DNA of 64,000 nucleotides, taken from positions 96,001 to 160,000 of the forward strand of contig CAVXTP010000009.1 in NCBI GenBank assembly GCA_963764715.1, written 5' to 3'. The stretch comes from an uncultured Acidobacteriota bacterium. Lineage in GTDB: Bacteria > Acidobacteriota > Thermoanaerobaculia > UBA5066 > Gp7-AA6. Position numbers and translations under genes: made by a program. A model generated the notes under the pieces. It was not told the origin of the DNA. It saw only the letters and a list, made by a program, of their open reading frames with translations, and did no database searches. This document shows positions 31,753 through 41,655 of this stretch, piece by piece (position 1 is the stretch's first letter; each line of letters starts with the position of its first letter).

Positions 31753-33066
31753 ATGTCCGAAGATCCCTTGACCCCGGGAAGTCTTGCATCTGTATCGGTT
31801 CCGTCCGAGGCACCCTCGTCGGAGGAAGGCCTGCAAGGCGACGGTCAGCCCCGTCCGCACCGCCGCCGCCGCCGTCGCCGCCGCCGTGGAGGCCGAGGTG
31901 GGGGGCCGCCCGGAGCGCCGGGCGGGTCCCAGGAACGGTCCGATGATCTCTCCGCCGCCGCCGGCCCCGAACGGCCGGCCGAGGGCGTTCTGTACCTGCC
32001 GCCCAAGGAGAACGCGCCCGGCGTGCTGGTGTCCGCCAAGGCGAATTTCGTCCCGTCGCCCAAGGACCCTCTGGTTCCCCGCGAGCTGATTCAGCGCGAG
32101 GGCCTCGAGGCGGGCGCCTTCATCACGGGTTTCGTGGCCGACGGCGCGCGCCCGGTCTTGAAGCGCGTCGAAACGGTCGAGGGAATGGAGCCCGGAGCGT
32201 TCCGGCAGCGGCCGGCGTTCCAGGAGCTCATCTCGATCGATCCGACGACGATCCTCCGGCTCGAGACCGATCCGGACGAGATGTGCGGCCGCGTCGTCGA
32301 CCTGCTGACGCCCATCGGCCGGGGGCAGCGCTGCCTCATCGTCGCGCCGCCGAAGGCCGGCAAGACCACGCTCCTGAAGCGCATGGCCCATGCCGTCGAG
32401 GTCAACGAGCCCGACGTGCACGTGATCGTCCTCCTGATCGACGAGCGCCCGGAAGAGATCACGGACTTTCGCCGGAGCGTTGCGCGCGGAGAGGTCATCG
32501 CCTCGTCCGCCGACCTCTCGGCCGAGAACCACATCGCGGTCGCGGAGATCGTGGCCGAGCGCGCGCGGCGGCTCATCGAGTGCGGCAAGCACGTGATCAT
32601 CTTTCTCGACTCGATCACCCGCATGGCGCGCGCTTACAACCACATGCAGAAGGGCGGCGGCAAGATCCTCTCGGGCGGCATCGACGCCCGGACGATGGAG
32701 AAGCCGCGGCGCTTCTTCGGGGGCGCGCGCAACGCCGAGGGCGGCGGGTCGCTGACGATCGTCGCGACCGCGCTCGTCGACACCGGCTCCCGGATGGACG
32801 AGATCATCTTCCAGGAGTTCAAGGGCACGGGCAACACCGAGATCGTCCTCGACCGGGACCTCTTCAACCGCCGCATCTTCCCGTGCATCAACATCCCGCA
32901 GTCGGGGACGCGCAAGGAAGAGAAGCTCTACGATCCCGACGACCTGCCCAGGATCGTCAAGCTCCGCCGGGCGCTCGCGGCGGTCGACAAGATCCAGGCG
33001 ATGGAGCTGGTGCTCGGGCGGCTGTCGAAGTTCAAGACGAACCGGGATTTCCTGAAGTCCTTCTAG
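31753..33066 (+). CDS. rho: Transcription termination factor Rho with low-complexity N-terminus
   Basis: PIGRGQRCLIVAPPKAGKT, LLIDERPEE, LDSITR, FKGTGN, SGTRKEE; start 31753 (GGAG SD) or 31699. Confidence 0.95.
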   Translation: MSEDPLTPGSLASVSVPSEAPSSEEGLQGDGQPRPHRRRRRRRRRGGRGGGPPGAPGGSQERSDDLSAAAGPERPAEGVLYLPPKENAPGVLVSAKANFVPSPKDPLVPRELIQREGLEAGAFITGFVADGARPVLKRVETVEGMEPGAFRQRPAFQELISIDPTTILRLETDPDEMCGRVVDLLTPIGRGQRCLIVAPPKAGKTTLLKRMAHAVEVNEPDVHVIVLLIDERPEEITDFRRSVARGEVIASSADLSAENHIAVAEIVAERARRLIECGKHVIIFLDSITRMARAYNHMQKGGGKILSGGIDARTMEKPRRFFGGARNAEGGGSLTIVATALVDTGSRMDEIIFQEFKGTGNTEIVLDRDLFNRRIFPCINIPQSGTRKEEKLYDPDDLPRIVKLRRALAAVDKIQAMELVLGRLSKFKTNRDFLKSF

Positions 33067-33326
33067 CCGTCGCTCCCGTCGCTTCGCTTGCTCGGGGGTC
33101 TGCGCCTTCGGCGCACCGGCGAGCGGCTCGCCTGTGGGCTCGACCGCTCGCCTGACCCCCTCGCGGCGCTCCGCTCCCGCGGCGCGGGCCTCCTCTCTCC
33201 CTTCGGTCGGGAGACTTCCCGCGCCGCGAGCTCGAGGGTTAGTACCGCGGGAGAGGTGGCATCGACCTTTCGGGCGTAGGGGCGGGGCTTGTCCCCGCCC
33301 TTCGGTCGGACTTCCCGCGCCGCGAG
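33067..33326. repeat. Cluster of GC-rich palindromic elements, including a GTAG REP (33276-33300) and a duplicated TTCGGTCGG..ACTTCCCGCGCCGCGAG unit
   Basis: Nested hairpins GGGGGTC/GACCCCC, cTTCGg loops, CGCGGCGCGGG/CCCGCGCCGCG; REP identical to the one at 48788. Confidence 0.65.
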
Positions 33327-33398
33327 TGGATCGATCTTCCCGGCCTGAATTGGACCTCCGCTTGAGGGGGGTCGGGGAATATGATTCCTTCAACAGGC

Positions 33399-33535
33399 CG
33401 GGAGGCATGGCATGCGGGTGGCCCGACACGGTGCTCCCGAATGCTTGCTCCTGCCGACCGAGCGGGCCTCGCGCGGACGGCGGACGAGTAGTGGAAGTCC
33501 CTGCGCCCGCATGGGTCCGGGCCGATCGCCTCCCG
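33399..33535 (+). ncRNA. Candidate structured RNA, 6S (SsrS)-like rod with central bubble
   Basis: GGGAGGC/GCCTCCC and CATGCGGGTG/CGCCCGCATG closing stems, asymmetric bubble, long terminal arm 33442-33490; G-U pairs favour + strand. Confidence 0.4.
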
Positions 33536-33581
33536 CTCGAAGTCCCGGAGCCCGGTCCCGGGCCGCGAGAGGAGGACGCCC

Positions 33582-33782
33582 GTGAAACGACTGACCCGAA
33601 AAATCGGCTTGTTCGGTGGGCCCGGCGCCTTGATGTCGCCCATGGGCGGGAAGAAATCCGTTCCGGCGGGCTCTGCGCCGAGGGCCGATCCGGCGACGAC
33701 CCCTGGGCCGGACGGCTCACCGGAGAGACCGCGGGCCCGGAAAGGCTGGTTGCGCCGCCTGCTTCTCGGGGACGACGACTGA
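33582..33782 (+). CDS. Small hypothetical protein (66 aa)
   Basis: AGGAGG SD 6 nt before GTG; ends in amphipathic KGWLRRLLLG. Confidence 0.45.
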   Translation: MKRLTRKIGLFGGPGALMSPMGGKKSVPAGSAPRADPATTPGPDGSPERPRARKGWLRRLLLGDDD

Positions 33783-33795
33783 GACGTGAGGCGGC

Positions 33796-35112
33796 CTAAC
33801 GCCGCCGGCTCTTCCGTTTCGTCCGGCCGTAGCTGTCTTCGGTCGGCTCCGGTTTCTTCGGCGCCGGCTCGCGGCGCGGCTCGGGGCGCGAGCGGAAGCC
33901 GCCGAACGCGCGGGGCGCCTGCGCGACGCGGCCCGACTTGTAGAGCGCCTCGGTCGGCCACTCGACCGGGATCTTCCGGCCCACCCGCTTCTCGATCGCG
34001 TCGAGAGAGAAGACGTAGTCGTCGCAGGCGAAGGACACGGCCGTTCCCTCCGCGCCGGCCCGCCCGGTCCGGCCGATGCGGTGGACGTAGTCCTCGGAGT
34101 CCTGCGGGAGGTCGTAGTTGATGACGTGGGAGACGCCCTCGATGTGCAGGCCGCGCGACGCGACGTCCGTCGCGACGAGCACGGCGAGGCGGCCGTCCTT
34201 GAAGTCCTGCAGCATCTTCAGCCGCCGGTCCTGCGGGACGTTGCCCGCGAGGGCCCGGGTCGGATAGCCGTTGGCCGAGAGGCCGCGGACGAGGTCGGCG
34301 GCCGTCGTGCGGCGATTGACGAAGATGAGGACGCGGCTTCCGCCCTCCCGTTCGAGCAGGCCGAGCAGCAGCCGGAATTTCTCCTGGGCGGAGACGTGGT
34401 ACAGCACCTCGGTGATGCCGTGGGCGCCCACGCGCTCGGGCTCGATCTCGACCTTCTCGGCGTTGTTGGTGTGCTCGTAGGCGAGCTCCATGACGCGGAT
34501 CGAGAGCGTGGCCGAGAACAGGAGCGTCTGGCGCCGGTGGTAGGGCGGGCAGCGACGCAGGATCCGCCGGAGGTCCCGGATGAATCCCATGTCGAACATG
34601 CGGTCGGCCTCGTCGATGACGAGGATCTCGACGTCACGGAACGTCACGACACCCTGCTGCTCGTAGTCGAGGAGGCGGCCCGGCGTGCCCACGAGGAGGT
34701 CCGGAATCGTCTTCACCTGGTCGCGCTGGAGCCGGTAGTCCATGCCCCCGAACACGGCCAGCGTCGCCAGGCCCGTGTGCCGCCCGAGGACCTCGGCGTC
34801 GGCGCGGATCTGCGCGACGAGCTCCCGGGTCGGGGCCACGACGAGGGCCCGCGGCCCCCGGGCGGGCGTCGCTCGCTTCTTCTGGAGCAGGCGGGTGAAG
34901 ATGGTGATCAGGAACGCGGCGGTCTTGCCGGTGCCGGTCTGCGCCTGGCCCGCGACGTCGCGGCCGGCCAGCGCGATCGGCAGGGTCTTTTCCTGGATCG
35001 GCGTGGCGAAGACGAAGCCGGCGTCGGCGATCCCCCAGCGAACTTCGTCCGGGATGGGATAACCCGCGAGCAGGGTCTCCGTCAGGTGGTGTTGCGAACC
35101 GTCCGAGGTCAT
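33796..35112 (-). CDS. rhlB: DEAD-box RNA helicase (RhlB-like)
   Basis: GRDVAGQAQTGTGKTAAF, PTREL, DEAD, SAT, HRIGRTGR. Confidence 0.85.
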   Translation of the reverse strand: MTSDGSQHHLTETLLAGYPIPDEVRWGIADAGFVFATPIQEKTLPIALAGRDVAGQAQTGTGKTAAFLITIFTRLLQKKRATPARGPRALVVAPTRELVAQIRADAEVLGRHTGLATLAVFGGMDYRLQRDQVKTIPDLLVGTPGRLLDYEQQGVVTFRDVEILVIDEADRMFDMGFIRDLRRILRRCPPYHRRQTLLFSATLSIRVMELAYEHTNNAEKVEIEPERVGAHGITEVLYHVSAQEKFRLLLGLLEREGGSRVLIFVNRRTTAADLVRGLSANGYPTRALAGNVPQDRRLKMLQDFKDGRLAVLVATDVASRGLHIEGVSHVINYDLPQDSEDYVHRIGRTGRAGAEGTAVSFACDDYVFSLDAIEKRVGRKIPVEWPTEALYKSGRVAQAPRAFGGFRSRPEPRREPAPKKPEPTEDSYGRTKRKSRRR

Positions 35113-35126
35113 GAAGGGGAGGGATA

Positions 35127-35726
35127 TTAGCGCAGCCGTCTCCCGAAGTCCCCGACGAGCGGCCGGCCGGTCGCGGCCGCCAGGGCCTCGCCGATCCGCC
35201 GCTTCTCCTTCGGCCCGGCTGCGGCGCCGATCGGGTGCAGGCGGCCGCCCGAGCGCGCGGCCAGCCGCCGGACGGCCCAGGTCCACCAGGGCGACAGCGG
35301 CCAGTACGTCTCCCGCCAGCAGTCGAGGTCGACCCGCCGGATCGTCGTCGTCCGCGTGCGCTCGAAGGCCGTCGTGCGCACGGTGACCGCCTCGGCGTCG
35401 ACCTCGATCGACTCCTCGGCGAACGCGAGCGCCGCGAGGCCCAGGAGCGAGAGCGGCGCGGCGACGAGGAGGATCAGGGACAGGACGACGAGGAGGGGCA
35501 GGGGGAGGTCCCCGAAGTCGAGCTTGCGGAGGCCGGACTCCCAGGCCTGCCCGAGGCGGTAGCAGCCGAGCAGGGCGGCCGCGCCCACGGCCGCCGCGAC
35601 GAGCGCCATCCGGACCCGCCAGGCCCGGGCCCGTGCGAGGGGCTGGATGACGATCGAGACTCCGGCGGCGCGGGGAACGATCGATACGCGCGGACCGGGC
35701 TCGGAGGCGTCTCGCCTGGACAACAT
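35127..35726 (-). CDS. Hypothetical membrane protein (two TMs)
   Basis: Hydrophobic segments; TACAAT 5 nt upstream of ATG. Confidence 0.6.
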   Translation of the reverse strand: MLSRRDASEPGPRVSIVPRAAGVSIVIQPLARARAWRVRMALVAAAVGAAALLGCYRLGQAWESGLRKLDFGDLPLPLLVVLSLILLVAAPLSLLGLAALAFAEESIEVDAEAVTVRTTAFERTRTTTIRRVDLDCWRETYWPLSPWWTWAVRRLAARSGGRLHPIGAAAGPKEKRRIGEALAAATGRPLVGDFGRRLR

Positions 35727-35775
35727 TCCGGATTGTATGATTCCGCCTCCGGCGGAGCCGGCACAGGAGGCAGGA

Positions 35776-36189
35776 GTGGCGAAGAAGAAAAAGGCAGCAA
35801 AGAGCGCGAAGAAAGGCAAAAAGGCCCCGAAGAAGGTGGTCCGCAAGCGCGCGGCGTCGGCGAAGAAGTCGAAGAAACCCGCGAAGAAGGTCGCCCGCAA
35901 GGCGGCCCCCCGGAAGGCCGCGCCCGTGAAGAAGGCCGCGGCGAAGAAGGCCGCCCCGGCCCCGCCGAAGAAAGCCGCCCCGCCCCGCCCCGTCCCGGCG
36001 CGCAGCGTGGCCGCGGCCGCCGCGGCCCCGGGAGCGGCTGCCGCCGGCGAGATCTACGGCGAGGAAGGCTGGCGGGAAGAGGAGCTGGCGGCGGTCGAGC
36101 TGGACGCCGATTCCCCGGAGCTCGAGGAGCTCGAGGCCGAGCTCGACGGCCCCGAAGTCGGCGAATCGGACGACGACGCGGAGTGGTGA
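35776..36189 (+). CDS. Histone H1-like Lys/Ala-rich protein with acidic C-terminus
   Basis: SD AGGAGG; KKAA/KAAP repeats, then EELAAVELDADSPELEELEAELD..DDDAEW. Confidence 0.75.
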   Translation: MAKKKKAAKSAKKGKKAPKKVVRKRAASAKKSKKPAKKVARKAAPRKAAPVKKAAAKKAAPAPPKKAAPPRPVPARSVAAAAAAPGAAAAGEIYGEEGWREEELAAVELDADSPELEELEAELDGPEVGESDDDAEW

Positions 36190-36248
36190 TTCTGGAGTAG
36201 TATCGGATCAGCCAGTCGCCATTGCCGGGCTTTTGCTCGGCTGTCACG

Positions 36249-36285
36249 AAAAGAAGGCCCCGAAGACTCGGGGCCTTCGCATTTT
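36249..36285. terminator. Bidirectional intrinsic terminator
   Basis: AAAA GAAGGCCCCGA-agac-TCGGGGCCTTC gcaTTTT between convergent genes. Confidence 0.8.
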
Positions 36286-36294
36286 CCCCCGGCG

Positions 36295-36690
36295 CTATCG
36301 CCCGATCGGCACCGGCCGGCGGTTCTTGTCGAGGTTGACGTAGGTGACCTCGGCTTCCGTCACCTTCACGCGGTTTCCGAGGCCTTCGCCGGGTTGCGAG
36401 AACACCTCGACGGAGATCGTGATCGACGTGCGGCCGATCTTCACGAGCCGCGTGTAGAACGACACGAGGTCGCCGACGTAGACCGGCTCGTGGAAGACGA
36501 CTTCGCGCATCGCGACCGTGACGAGAAACTCGGCGCCCTGCCGCTTGGCCTCGACGGCGCCGGCCTGGTCGATGTAGGAGAGGATCACGCCGCCGAAGAT
36601 CGTGCCGTGGGCGTTGGTGTCCTTCGGCATCATGATCACCCGGATCGAGGGCTCGCGGCTCTCGGCCGGGGGCGGCCCGGACGCGCTCAT
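36295..36690 (-). CDS. Acyl-CoA thioesterase (YciA-like hotdog fold)
   Basis: MMPKDTNAHGTIFGGVILSYID, FHEPVYVGD, GRTSITI. Confidence 0.92.
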   Translation of the reverse strand: MSASGPPPAESREPSIRVIMMPKDTNAHGTIFGGVILSYIDQAGAVEAKRQGAEFLVTVAMREVVFHEPVYVGDLVSFYTRLVKIGRTSITISVEVFSQPGEGLGNRVKVTEAEVTYVNLDKNRRPVPIGR

Positions 36691-37079
36691 TCGGGGCGGG
36701 CCGAGGTCGGGATCTTCGGCGGAACGAAGATCGCCGAGACCCGCTGGACGAGCCCGTCGGTCACGTTGACCGTCAGCGTGCCGTCCTCGAAGTAATAGGT
36801 CCAGATCTCGCGGCGCGAGTCCTTGCCCTCGGTCGCGACCGAGATCGACGGCTTGCCGATGCGCTCGACGAGCGCCGACGTGGTCATCCCCGGGTCGACC
36901 CTGGGCCGTGCCTCCACGAGCTTCCCCGGGACCATTTTGGCCGCGATGCCGGCGATCGCCTCGGCCTGCCGGTACTCCCGGTTTTCCCACCAGCGGGGCA
37001 GCCAGAGGGCGGCGGCGGCGAGGATCGGGATGAAGGCGGCCGCGACGAGGAGGGCGCGCCGGGGGGTCTTTTCGGCCAT
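36687..37079 (-). CDS. Hypothetical membrane-anchored protein, SmpA/BamE-like C-terminal domain
   Basis: N-terminal TM; [12 protein letters not shown]...EIWTY pattern. Confidence 0.6.
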   Translation of the reverse strand: MAEKTPRRALLVAAAFIPILAAAALWLPRWWENREYRQAEAIAGIAAKMVPGKLVEARPRVDPGMTTSALVERIGKPSISVATEGKDSRREIWTYYFEDGTLTVNVTDGLVQRVSAIFVPPKIPTSARPE

Positions 37080-37129
37080 GCAGGGATGATACGGCACGCC
37101 GGCCCCGCTCCTGTAGAATCCCGATCCGC

Positions 37130-38053
37130 ATGAAACACAAAGTGACCGTCGTCGGGGCGGGTAACGTCGGGGCCACCGCCGCCCAGCGCATCGTCGAGAA
37201 GTCCCTGGCCGACGTGGCCCTGATCGACATCATCGAGGGCGTGCCGCAGGGCAAGGCGCTCGACATGATGGAGTCGGCGCCGGTCGAGAAGTTCGACGCC
37301 CGCATGACCGGCTCGAACGCGTACGACGTCACGGCGGGGTCCGACGTCATCGTGATCACGGCCGGCCTGCCGCGCAAGCCCGGCATGAGCCGGGACGACC
37401 TCGTCGCGACCAACGAGGGCATCGTCTCCGACGTCGTGCGCAAGGTGCTGCCCGGATCTCCCGACGCGATCCTGATCGTCGTCTCCAACCCGCTCGACGC
37501 CATGTGCGAGGTCGCGCGGCGCGTCTCGAAGTTCCCCCGCGAGCGGGTCTTCGGGATGGCCGGCGTCCTCGACTCGGCGCGGATGCGCTGGTTCATCGCC
37601 GAGGCCCTCAACGTCTCGGTCGAAAACACGCACGCCTTCGTCCTCGGGGGCCACGGCGACACGATGGTCCCGCTGCCGCGGTTCTCGACCGTCGCCGGGA
37701 TCCCGCTGCCCCAGCTGCTGTCCAAGGAGAAGATCGACGCGATCGTCAAGCGCACGCGCGACGGCGGGGCCGAGATCGTCAACCTCCTGAAGACCTCGGC
37801 GTGGTTCGCGCCGTCCTCGGCGGTCGTGGAGATGGTCGACGCCGTGCTGAACGACCGGAAGAAGATCCTGCCCTGCGCCGCTTACCTGCAGGGCGAGTAC
37901 GGGATGCACGACGTCTACCTCGGCGTTCCGGTCAAGCTCGGCCGCGCCGGGGTGGAGCAGATCGTCGAGATCGCCCTGACGCCCGAGGAAACGGTGGCGC
38001 TCGAGAAATCGGCCGCGGCCGTGCGCGAGCTCTTCGGCATCCTCAAGGTCTAG
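37130..38053 (+). CDS. mdh: Malate dehydrogenase (LDH-like)
   Basis: [37 protein letters not shown]. Confidence 0.97.
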   Translation: MKHKVTVVGAGNVGATAAQRIVEKSLADVALIDIIEGVPQGKALDMMESAPVEKFDARMTGSNAYDVTAGSDVIVITAGLPRKPGMSRDDLVATNEGIVSDVVRKVLPGSPDAILIVVSNPLDAMCEVARRVSKFPRERVFGMAGVLDSARMRWFIAEALNVSVENTHAFVLGGHGDTMVPLPRFSTVAGIPLPQLLSKEKIDAIVKRTRDGGAEIVNLLKTSAWFAPSSAVVEMVDAVLNDRKKILPCAAYLQGEYGMHDVYLGVPVKLGRAGVEQIVEIALTPEETVALEKSAAAVRELFGILKV

Positions 38054-38059
38054 CCGCGC

Positions 38060-38677
38060 ATGGCGGAGGCGCCCCGGACCCTCGCCGGCCGCCTCCATTC
38101 GATCTCCGGCGTCGTGCCCGTCGGCGTGTTCCTCGCCTTTCACCTGTATTCGAACGCCCAGGCGCGGCGGGGCGCCGACGCCTACAACGCAATGGCGCGG
38201 AAGATCCAGGGCACGCCCGGATTGCTCGCCGTCGAGCTCCTCCTGGTGGCGGCGCCGCTGCTGTTCCACGGCATCTACGGCCTCTTCCGGATCGCCGAGG
38301 AGCCGCCCGCCGCCCCGGGGGCCGCGCGCCCCCGCCGCGCGCTGGCGATCGCCCAGCGAACGACGGGCGTCGTCCTCTTCCTCTTCGTGTTCGTCCACCT
38401 CTGGACGGCGCGCCTCGTCCAGGTCCGCGACCACGCCGGTCTCGACCTCTTCCGACTCATGCAGGCGGTCCTCGCGAGCCCGTGGCTCTACGCCGCGTAC
38501 GCCGCCGGCGTTCTCGCCGCGACGTTCCACCTGTCGGCCGGGCTCTGGACCTTCGCCGAAGGCTGGGGAATCGCGACGACCCCGCGGGCCCGGCGGATCG
38601 CCGCGGCGCTCGCCGCGGGGGCGTTCGGCGCGCTCTCGGCGCTCGGCCTGGCGTCCCTGAACGCATTCCGCGTCTAG
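38060..38677 (+). CDS. sdhC: Succinate dehydrogenase cytochrome b558-like subunit (Bacillus SdhC type)
   Basis: [44 protein letters not shown]; five TMs with His ligands. Confidence 0.78.
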   Translation: MAEAPRTLAGRLHSISGVVPVGVFLAFHLYSNAQARRGADAYNAMARKIQGTPGLLAVELLLVAAPLLFHGIYGLFRIAEEPPAAPGAARPRRALAIAQRTTGVVLFLFVFVHLWTARLVQVRDHAGLDLFRLMQAVLASPWLYAAYAAGVLAATFHLSAGLWTFAEGWGIATTPRARRIAAALAAGAFGALSALGLASLNAFRV

Positions 38678-38710
38678 GACCCGATTCCCATATAATCCGC
38701 GCCCTTCGCC

Positions 38711-39868
38711 ATGAAGGTCCACGAGTACCAGGCCAAGTCGATCCTCGCGCGCTTCGGCGTCGCCGTGCCGCGCGGCGAGGTCACCGACAGTCCGGCCGAG
38801 GCCCGCGAGATCGCGCGCCGCCTCGGAGGCCGCGCCGTCGTCAAGGCCCAGATCCACGCCGGCGGCCGCGGCAAGGGCGGCGGCGTCAAGCTGGCGAAGG
38901 ACCCGCAGGAAGCCCACGATCTGGCCAAGCGGATCCTCGGCATGACCCTGGTCACGCCGCAGACCGGGCCGCATGGGCGCGTCGTGCAGAAAGTCCTGAT
39001 CGAGGAGGCGCTCGACATCGACCGCGAGCTGTACGTGAGCGTGACCCTCGACCGCTCGCGGCGCATGCCGGTCCTCATGGCGTCGAAGGCCGGGGGCATG
39101 GACATCGAGGAGGTCGCCGCCAAGGACCCGGCGGCGATCGTCCGGGAGGCCGTCGACGCCTCGCTCGGGATGTTCCCGTTCCAGGCGCGCAAGCTCGGGT
39201 TCGCCCTCGGCCTTTCGGGCGACAGCTTCAAGAAGGGCGTCGGCCTTCTCCAGTCGCTCTTCCGGGCGTACGTCGAGACCGACGCGAGCCTGGCCGAGAT
39301 CAACCCGCTCCTCGTGACGAAGCAGGGCGACGTTCTCGCCCTCGACGCCAAGATGGCGTTCGACGACAACGCGCTCTTCCGCCACCCCGACATCAAGGAG
39401 ATGCGCGACCTGGCCGAGGAGGACCCCCTCGAGGTCGAGGCCTCGCGCTACGGCCTCAACTACATCAAGCTCGACGGCAACGTCGGCTGCATGGTCAACG
39501 GCGCGGGCCTCGCGATGGCCACGATGGACCTCGTGAAGCTCGCCGGCGGCTCGCCCGCCAACTTCCTCGACGTCGGCGGCGGGGCCAACGAGGAGCAGGT
39601 CAAGAACGCGTTCCGCATCATCCTGTCGGACCACAACGTGAAGGCGGTCCTGATCAACATCTTCGGCGGCATCATGCGCTGCGACATCATCGCCAAGGGC
39701 GTCGTCGCGGCCGTGCGCGAGATGGGCCTTTCGATCCCGGTCGTCGTCCGCCTCGAGGGGACCAACGTCGACGAGGGCAAGGCGATCCTGCGGGAGTCGG
39801 GCCTGAAGATCACTCCGGCCGACGGGCTGTCCGACGGGGCCCGCAAGGCCGTCGAGGCGGCGCGATGA
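38711..39868 (+). CDS. sucC: Succinyl-CoA synthetase beta subunit
   Basis: [48 protein letters not shown]. Confidence 0.98.
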   Translation: MKVHEYQAKSILARFGVAVPRGEVTDSPAEAREIARRLGGRAVVKAQIHAGGRGKGGGVKLAKDPQEAHDLAKRILGMTLVTPQTGPHGRVVQKVLIEEALDIDRELYVSVTLDRSRRMPVLMASKAGGMDIEEVAAKDPAAIVREAVDASLGMFPFQARKLGFALGLSGDSFKKGVGLLQSLFRAYVETDASLAEINPLLVTKQGDVLALDAKMAFDDNALFRHPDIKEMRDLAEEDPLEVEASRYGLNYIKLDGNVGCMVNGAGLAMATMDLVKLAGGSPANFLDVGGGANEEQVKNAFRIILSDHNVKAVLINIFGGIMRCDIIAKGVVAAVREMGLSIPVVVRLEGTNVDEGKAILRESGLKITPADGLSDGARKAVEAAR

Positions 39869-40752
39869 GCATCTGGGTCGGCAAGGCGACGCGCCTGCTC
39901 GTCCAGGGTCTCACCGGGCGGGAGGGGACCTTTCACGCCCTCGCCTGCCGCGACTACGGCACGCAGGTCGTGGCCGGCGTCACGCCGGGCAAGGGCGGGT
40001 CGACCCACGAGGGCTTCCCGGTGTTCGACACGGTCGAGGACGCCGTGCGCGCGACCGGCGCCAACGCCTCGATGATCTTCGTGCCGCCGCCCTTCGCCGC
40101 CGACGCGATCGTCGAGGCCGCCGATGCGGGCGTCGGCGTGATCGCCTGCATCACCGAGGGCATCCCCGTCGACGACATGCTCCGCGCGCGGGCCTACCTC
40201 GACCGCCGGGCCGCGGCCGGGGCGGCGACGCGGCTGATCGGCCCGAACTGCCCCGGCATCATCACGCCGGGGGAGTGCAAGATCGGGATCATGCCCGGGC
40301 ACATCCACCGGCCCGGGCCGGTCGGGGTCATCTCGCGGTCCGGCACGCTGACCTACGAGGCCGTCGACCAGCTCACGCGCCTCGGCCTCGGACAGTCGAC
40401 CGTGATCGGCATCGGCGGCGATCCCATCAACGGAACGAACTTCATCGACTGCCTCGCGGCGTTCCGGGACGACCCGGCGACCGAGGCGATCGTCCTCATC
40501 GGCGAGATCGGCGGGATGGCGGAGGAAGAGGCCGCCTGCTGGGTCGCCGGCAACCTCAAGAAGCCGGTCGTCTCGTTCATCGCGGGCCAGACGGCGCCGC
40601 CGGGCCGCCGCATGGGCCACGCGGGCGCGATCATCGCCGGCGGCCAGGGCACCGCGGCCGAGAAGATCAAGGCCCTGAAGGGCGCCGGGATCGCCGTCGT
40701 GCAGTCGCCGGCGGACATCGGCGCGCGCGTGAAGGAGTCGCTGGCGCGATGA
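39865..40752 (+). CDS. sucD: Succinyl-CoA synthetase alpha subunit
   Basis: [31 protein letters not shown]; ATGA coupling with sucC. Confidence 0.98.
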   Translation: MSIWVGKATRLLVQGLTGREGTFHALACRDYGTQVVAGVTPGKGGSTHEGFPVFDTVEDAVRATGANASMIFVPPPFAADAIVEAADAGVGVIACITEGIPVDDMLRARAYLDRRAAAGAATRLIGPNCPGIITPGECKIGIMPGHIHRPGPVGVISRSGTLTYEAVDQLTRLGLGQSTVIGIGGDPINGTNFIDCLAAFRDDPATEAIVLIGEIGGMAEEEAACWVAGNLKKPVVSFIAGQTAPPGRRMGHAGAIIAGGQGTAAEKIKALKGAGIAVVQSPADIGARVKESLAR

Positions 40753-41171
40753 GCGGCCCGGCCTTCTTCGAGGAGACGCAGAGCTTCTCGCCCTGGTTCT
40801 ACGCCGTGGGCGCGCTGGTCCTCGCCATCCTCCTCGCCGCCGCGACGGCGCGACAGACGACGCGGGTGACGCCCCAGGCCGTCGAGGTGAGCTTCGGCGT
40901 CCTGTACCGGACGTCGATCCCGATCGCGGACCTGGCGCAGGCGGAGGCCGTGGCCTACCGGCCGATCCGCGAGTACGGCGGGTGGGGCATCCGCGGGTTC
41001 GGCCGCCGCCGCGCGCTCAACATGCGCGGCGACCGCGGCGTGCTGCTCCACAAGAAGGACGGCTCCACGATCCTCATCGGCTCGCAGAAGCCGCGCGAGC
41101 TGCTGGCGGCGCTGGGCCAGGCCGGCGTCGCCGTCCAGGATCGCCTTCCCCCGGTGGTTCAGGAGTTCTGA
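40749..41171 (+). CDS. Hypothetical membrane protein (EYGGWGIR motif, DUF6141-like)
   Basis: FEETQ.F, one [23 protein letters not shown]; ATGA coupling. Confidence 0.72.
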   Translation: MSGPAFFEETQSFSPWFYAVGALVLAILLAAATARQTTRVTPQAVEVSFGVLYRTSIPIADLAQAEAVAYRPIREYGGWGIRGFGRRRALNMRGDRGVLLHKKDGSTILIGSQKPRELLAALGQAGVAVQDRLPPVVQEF

Positions 41172-41241
41172 CCGGAGTCCCGACGGCCGCGCCGTCGCGG
41201 GGCCCGGACCATTCGAAACCGACGACGAAGGAGAGACCCCC

Positions 41242-41655
41242 GTGGAACGCACGCTCACGATCCTCAAGCCCGACTCGGTCGCGGCCGGCAAGGCCGGCGC
41301 GATCCTCGCCCACCTCGAGAAGGAGGGCTTCCGCTTCCTCGCGCTGCGGCGGACGCGCCTGTCGCCCGAGCAGGCGCGGGCCTTCTACGCCGTCCATCGG
41401 GAGCGGCCGTTCTACGACGCCCTCGTGCGGTTCATGACCGAGGGGCCCGTGGTCGTCGCGGCGCTCGAGCGCGCGGACGCCGTCGCGCACCTGCGCCGGA
41501 CGATGGGGGCGACGGACTCGCGCAAGGCGGACGCCGGCACGATCCGGAACCTGTTCGGCACCGACATCGAGCGCAACGCGATCCACGGCAGCGACTCGGC
41601 CGAGAACGCGGCGAACGAGATCGCGTTCTTCTTCGCCGGCGCCGACCTCCTCTAG
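41242..41655 (+). CDS. ndk: Nucleoside diphosphate kinase
   Basis: [22 protein letters not shown]. Confidence 0.98.
   Translation: MERTLTILKPDSVAAGKAGAILAHLEKEGFRFLALRRTRLSPEQARAFYAVHRERPFYDALVRFMTEGPVVVAALERADAVAHLRRTMGATDSRKADAGTIRNLFGTDIERNAIHGSDSAENAANEIAFFFAGADLL

Noticed and set aside
33134-33799. 221-aa ORF (or one starting at ATG 33407) across the rho-helicase gap
   Set aside because: No recognisable motifs; runs through REP/palindromic DNA and is better explained by RNA structure plus the 66-aa ORF
37504-40752. Apparent long N-terminal fusions (1082-aa SucD, 749-aa MutY, 1159-aa EnvC, 851-aa RluA, 1029-aa methyltransferase)
   Set aside because: The extensions are out-of-frame readings of upstream genes; real starts are coupled to upstream stop codons
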